Positions 63,867 through 63,991 of a DNA stretch of 63,991 bases are shown here, in pieces. The DNA comes from Patescibacteria group bacterium (GTDB taxonomy: Bacteria; Patescibacteriota; Microgenomatia; JAMCZE01): positions 1-63,991 of the forward strand of contig JAMCZE010000014.1 of the NCBI GenBank assembly GCA_023485845.1, read 5' to 3'. Every line of letters starts with the position of its first letter. The stretch's first letter is position 1. A program made the position numbers and the translations under genes. The notes beneath the pieces were generated by a model, which saw nothing but the letters and a program-made list of their open reading frames with translations, had not been told where the DNA came from and ran no database searches.

Positions 63867-63991
63867 TCAAGTACCCGATTTTTGGGACACGGTTTCTGCG
63901 TCTAGGAATTTTCTTCTAAATTGAGCTGGGGACATCTTTAAGCTGGTGTGAATTCGCAGATTATTGTAGTACCAAATGTAACTGTAAATTT
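63867..63991 (-). CDS. Integrase-core (rve) transposase, C-terminal fragment (gene continues beyond the window)
   Basis: The reverse strand reads IYSYIWYYNNLRIHTSLKMSPAQFRRKF...*, the typical Y.YYN..R.H.SL...SP..F ending of IS3/IS481-type transposases. Confidence 0.7.
   Translation of the reverse strand, partial: IYSYIWYYNNLRIHTSLKMSPAQFRRKFLDAETVSQKSGT

Overview
This window looks like a whole bacterial contig. It opens inside an IS200/IS605 copy and ends inside an rve-type transposase gene. The core content is housekeeping. It holds the rpoB-rpoC-rpsL-rpsG-fusA-tuf-S10-spc ribosomal superoperon through secY-adk-map (36.5-63.2 kb), plus tpiA, metG, two UvrD-type helicases, tatD, rmuC, ruvX and mltG. 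It also holds cell-envelope genes (LCP, FemAB-like x2, three glycosyltransferases, sortase), a pilN/pilO-like pair and Cys-motif surface proteins. There is no rpmD between rpsE and rplO, L18 is short, many proteins are small and toxin-antitoxin pairs are frequent. Together these fit a small-genome Patescibacteria/CPR-type organism, which is an inference only. No rRNA, tRNA or CRISPR array was recognised by eye. The most interesting region is an AT-rich five-gene island (about 0.13-5.8 kb) next to the IS200 end, bracketed by a 39-bp imperfect direct repeat. It encodes an OLD/PARIS-like ABC-ATPase-Toprim fusion with an unknown 178-aa partner. Divergently, it encodes an excisionase-type HTH, an EcoRI-methylase-like adenine methyltransferase and a DUF262(DGQQR)-HNH nuclease. 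Other notable points follow. The normally tight ribosomal superoperon is interrupted at five junctions by accessory cassettes (RelE-type TA, small protein plus retropepsin-like pair, ASCH/Fic, micro-ORFs). Period-7 (heptanucleotide) tandem tracts sit inside housekeeping genes, including a nearly identical 24-nt tract shared by tpiA and metG and a ~125-nt inverted-repeat segment inside a helicase-nuclease gene. An IS200 copy appears to split a secreted-protein gene. A glycosyltransferase gene has an in-frame TGA at codon 9. All functional calls come from motif recognition by eye, and no database search was run.
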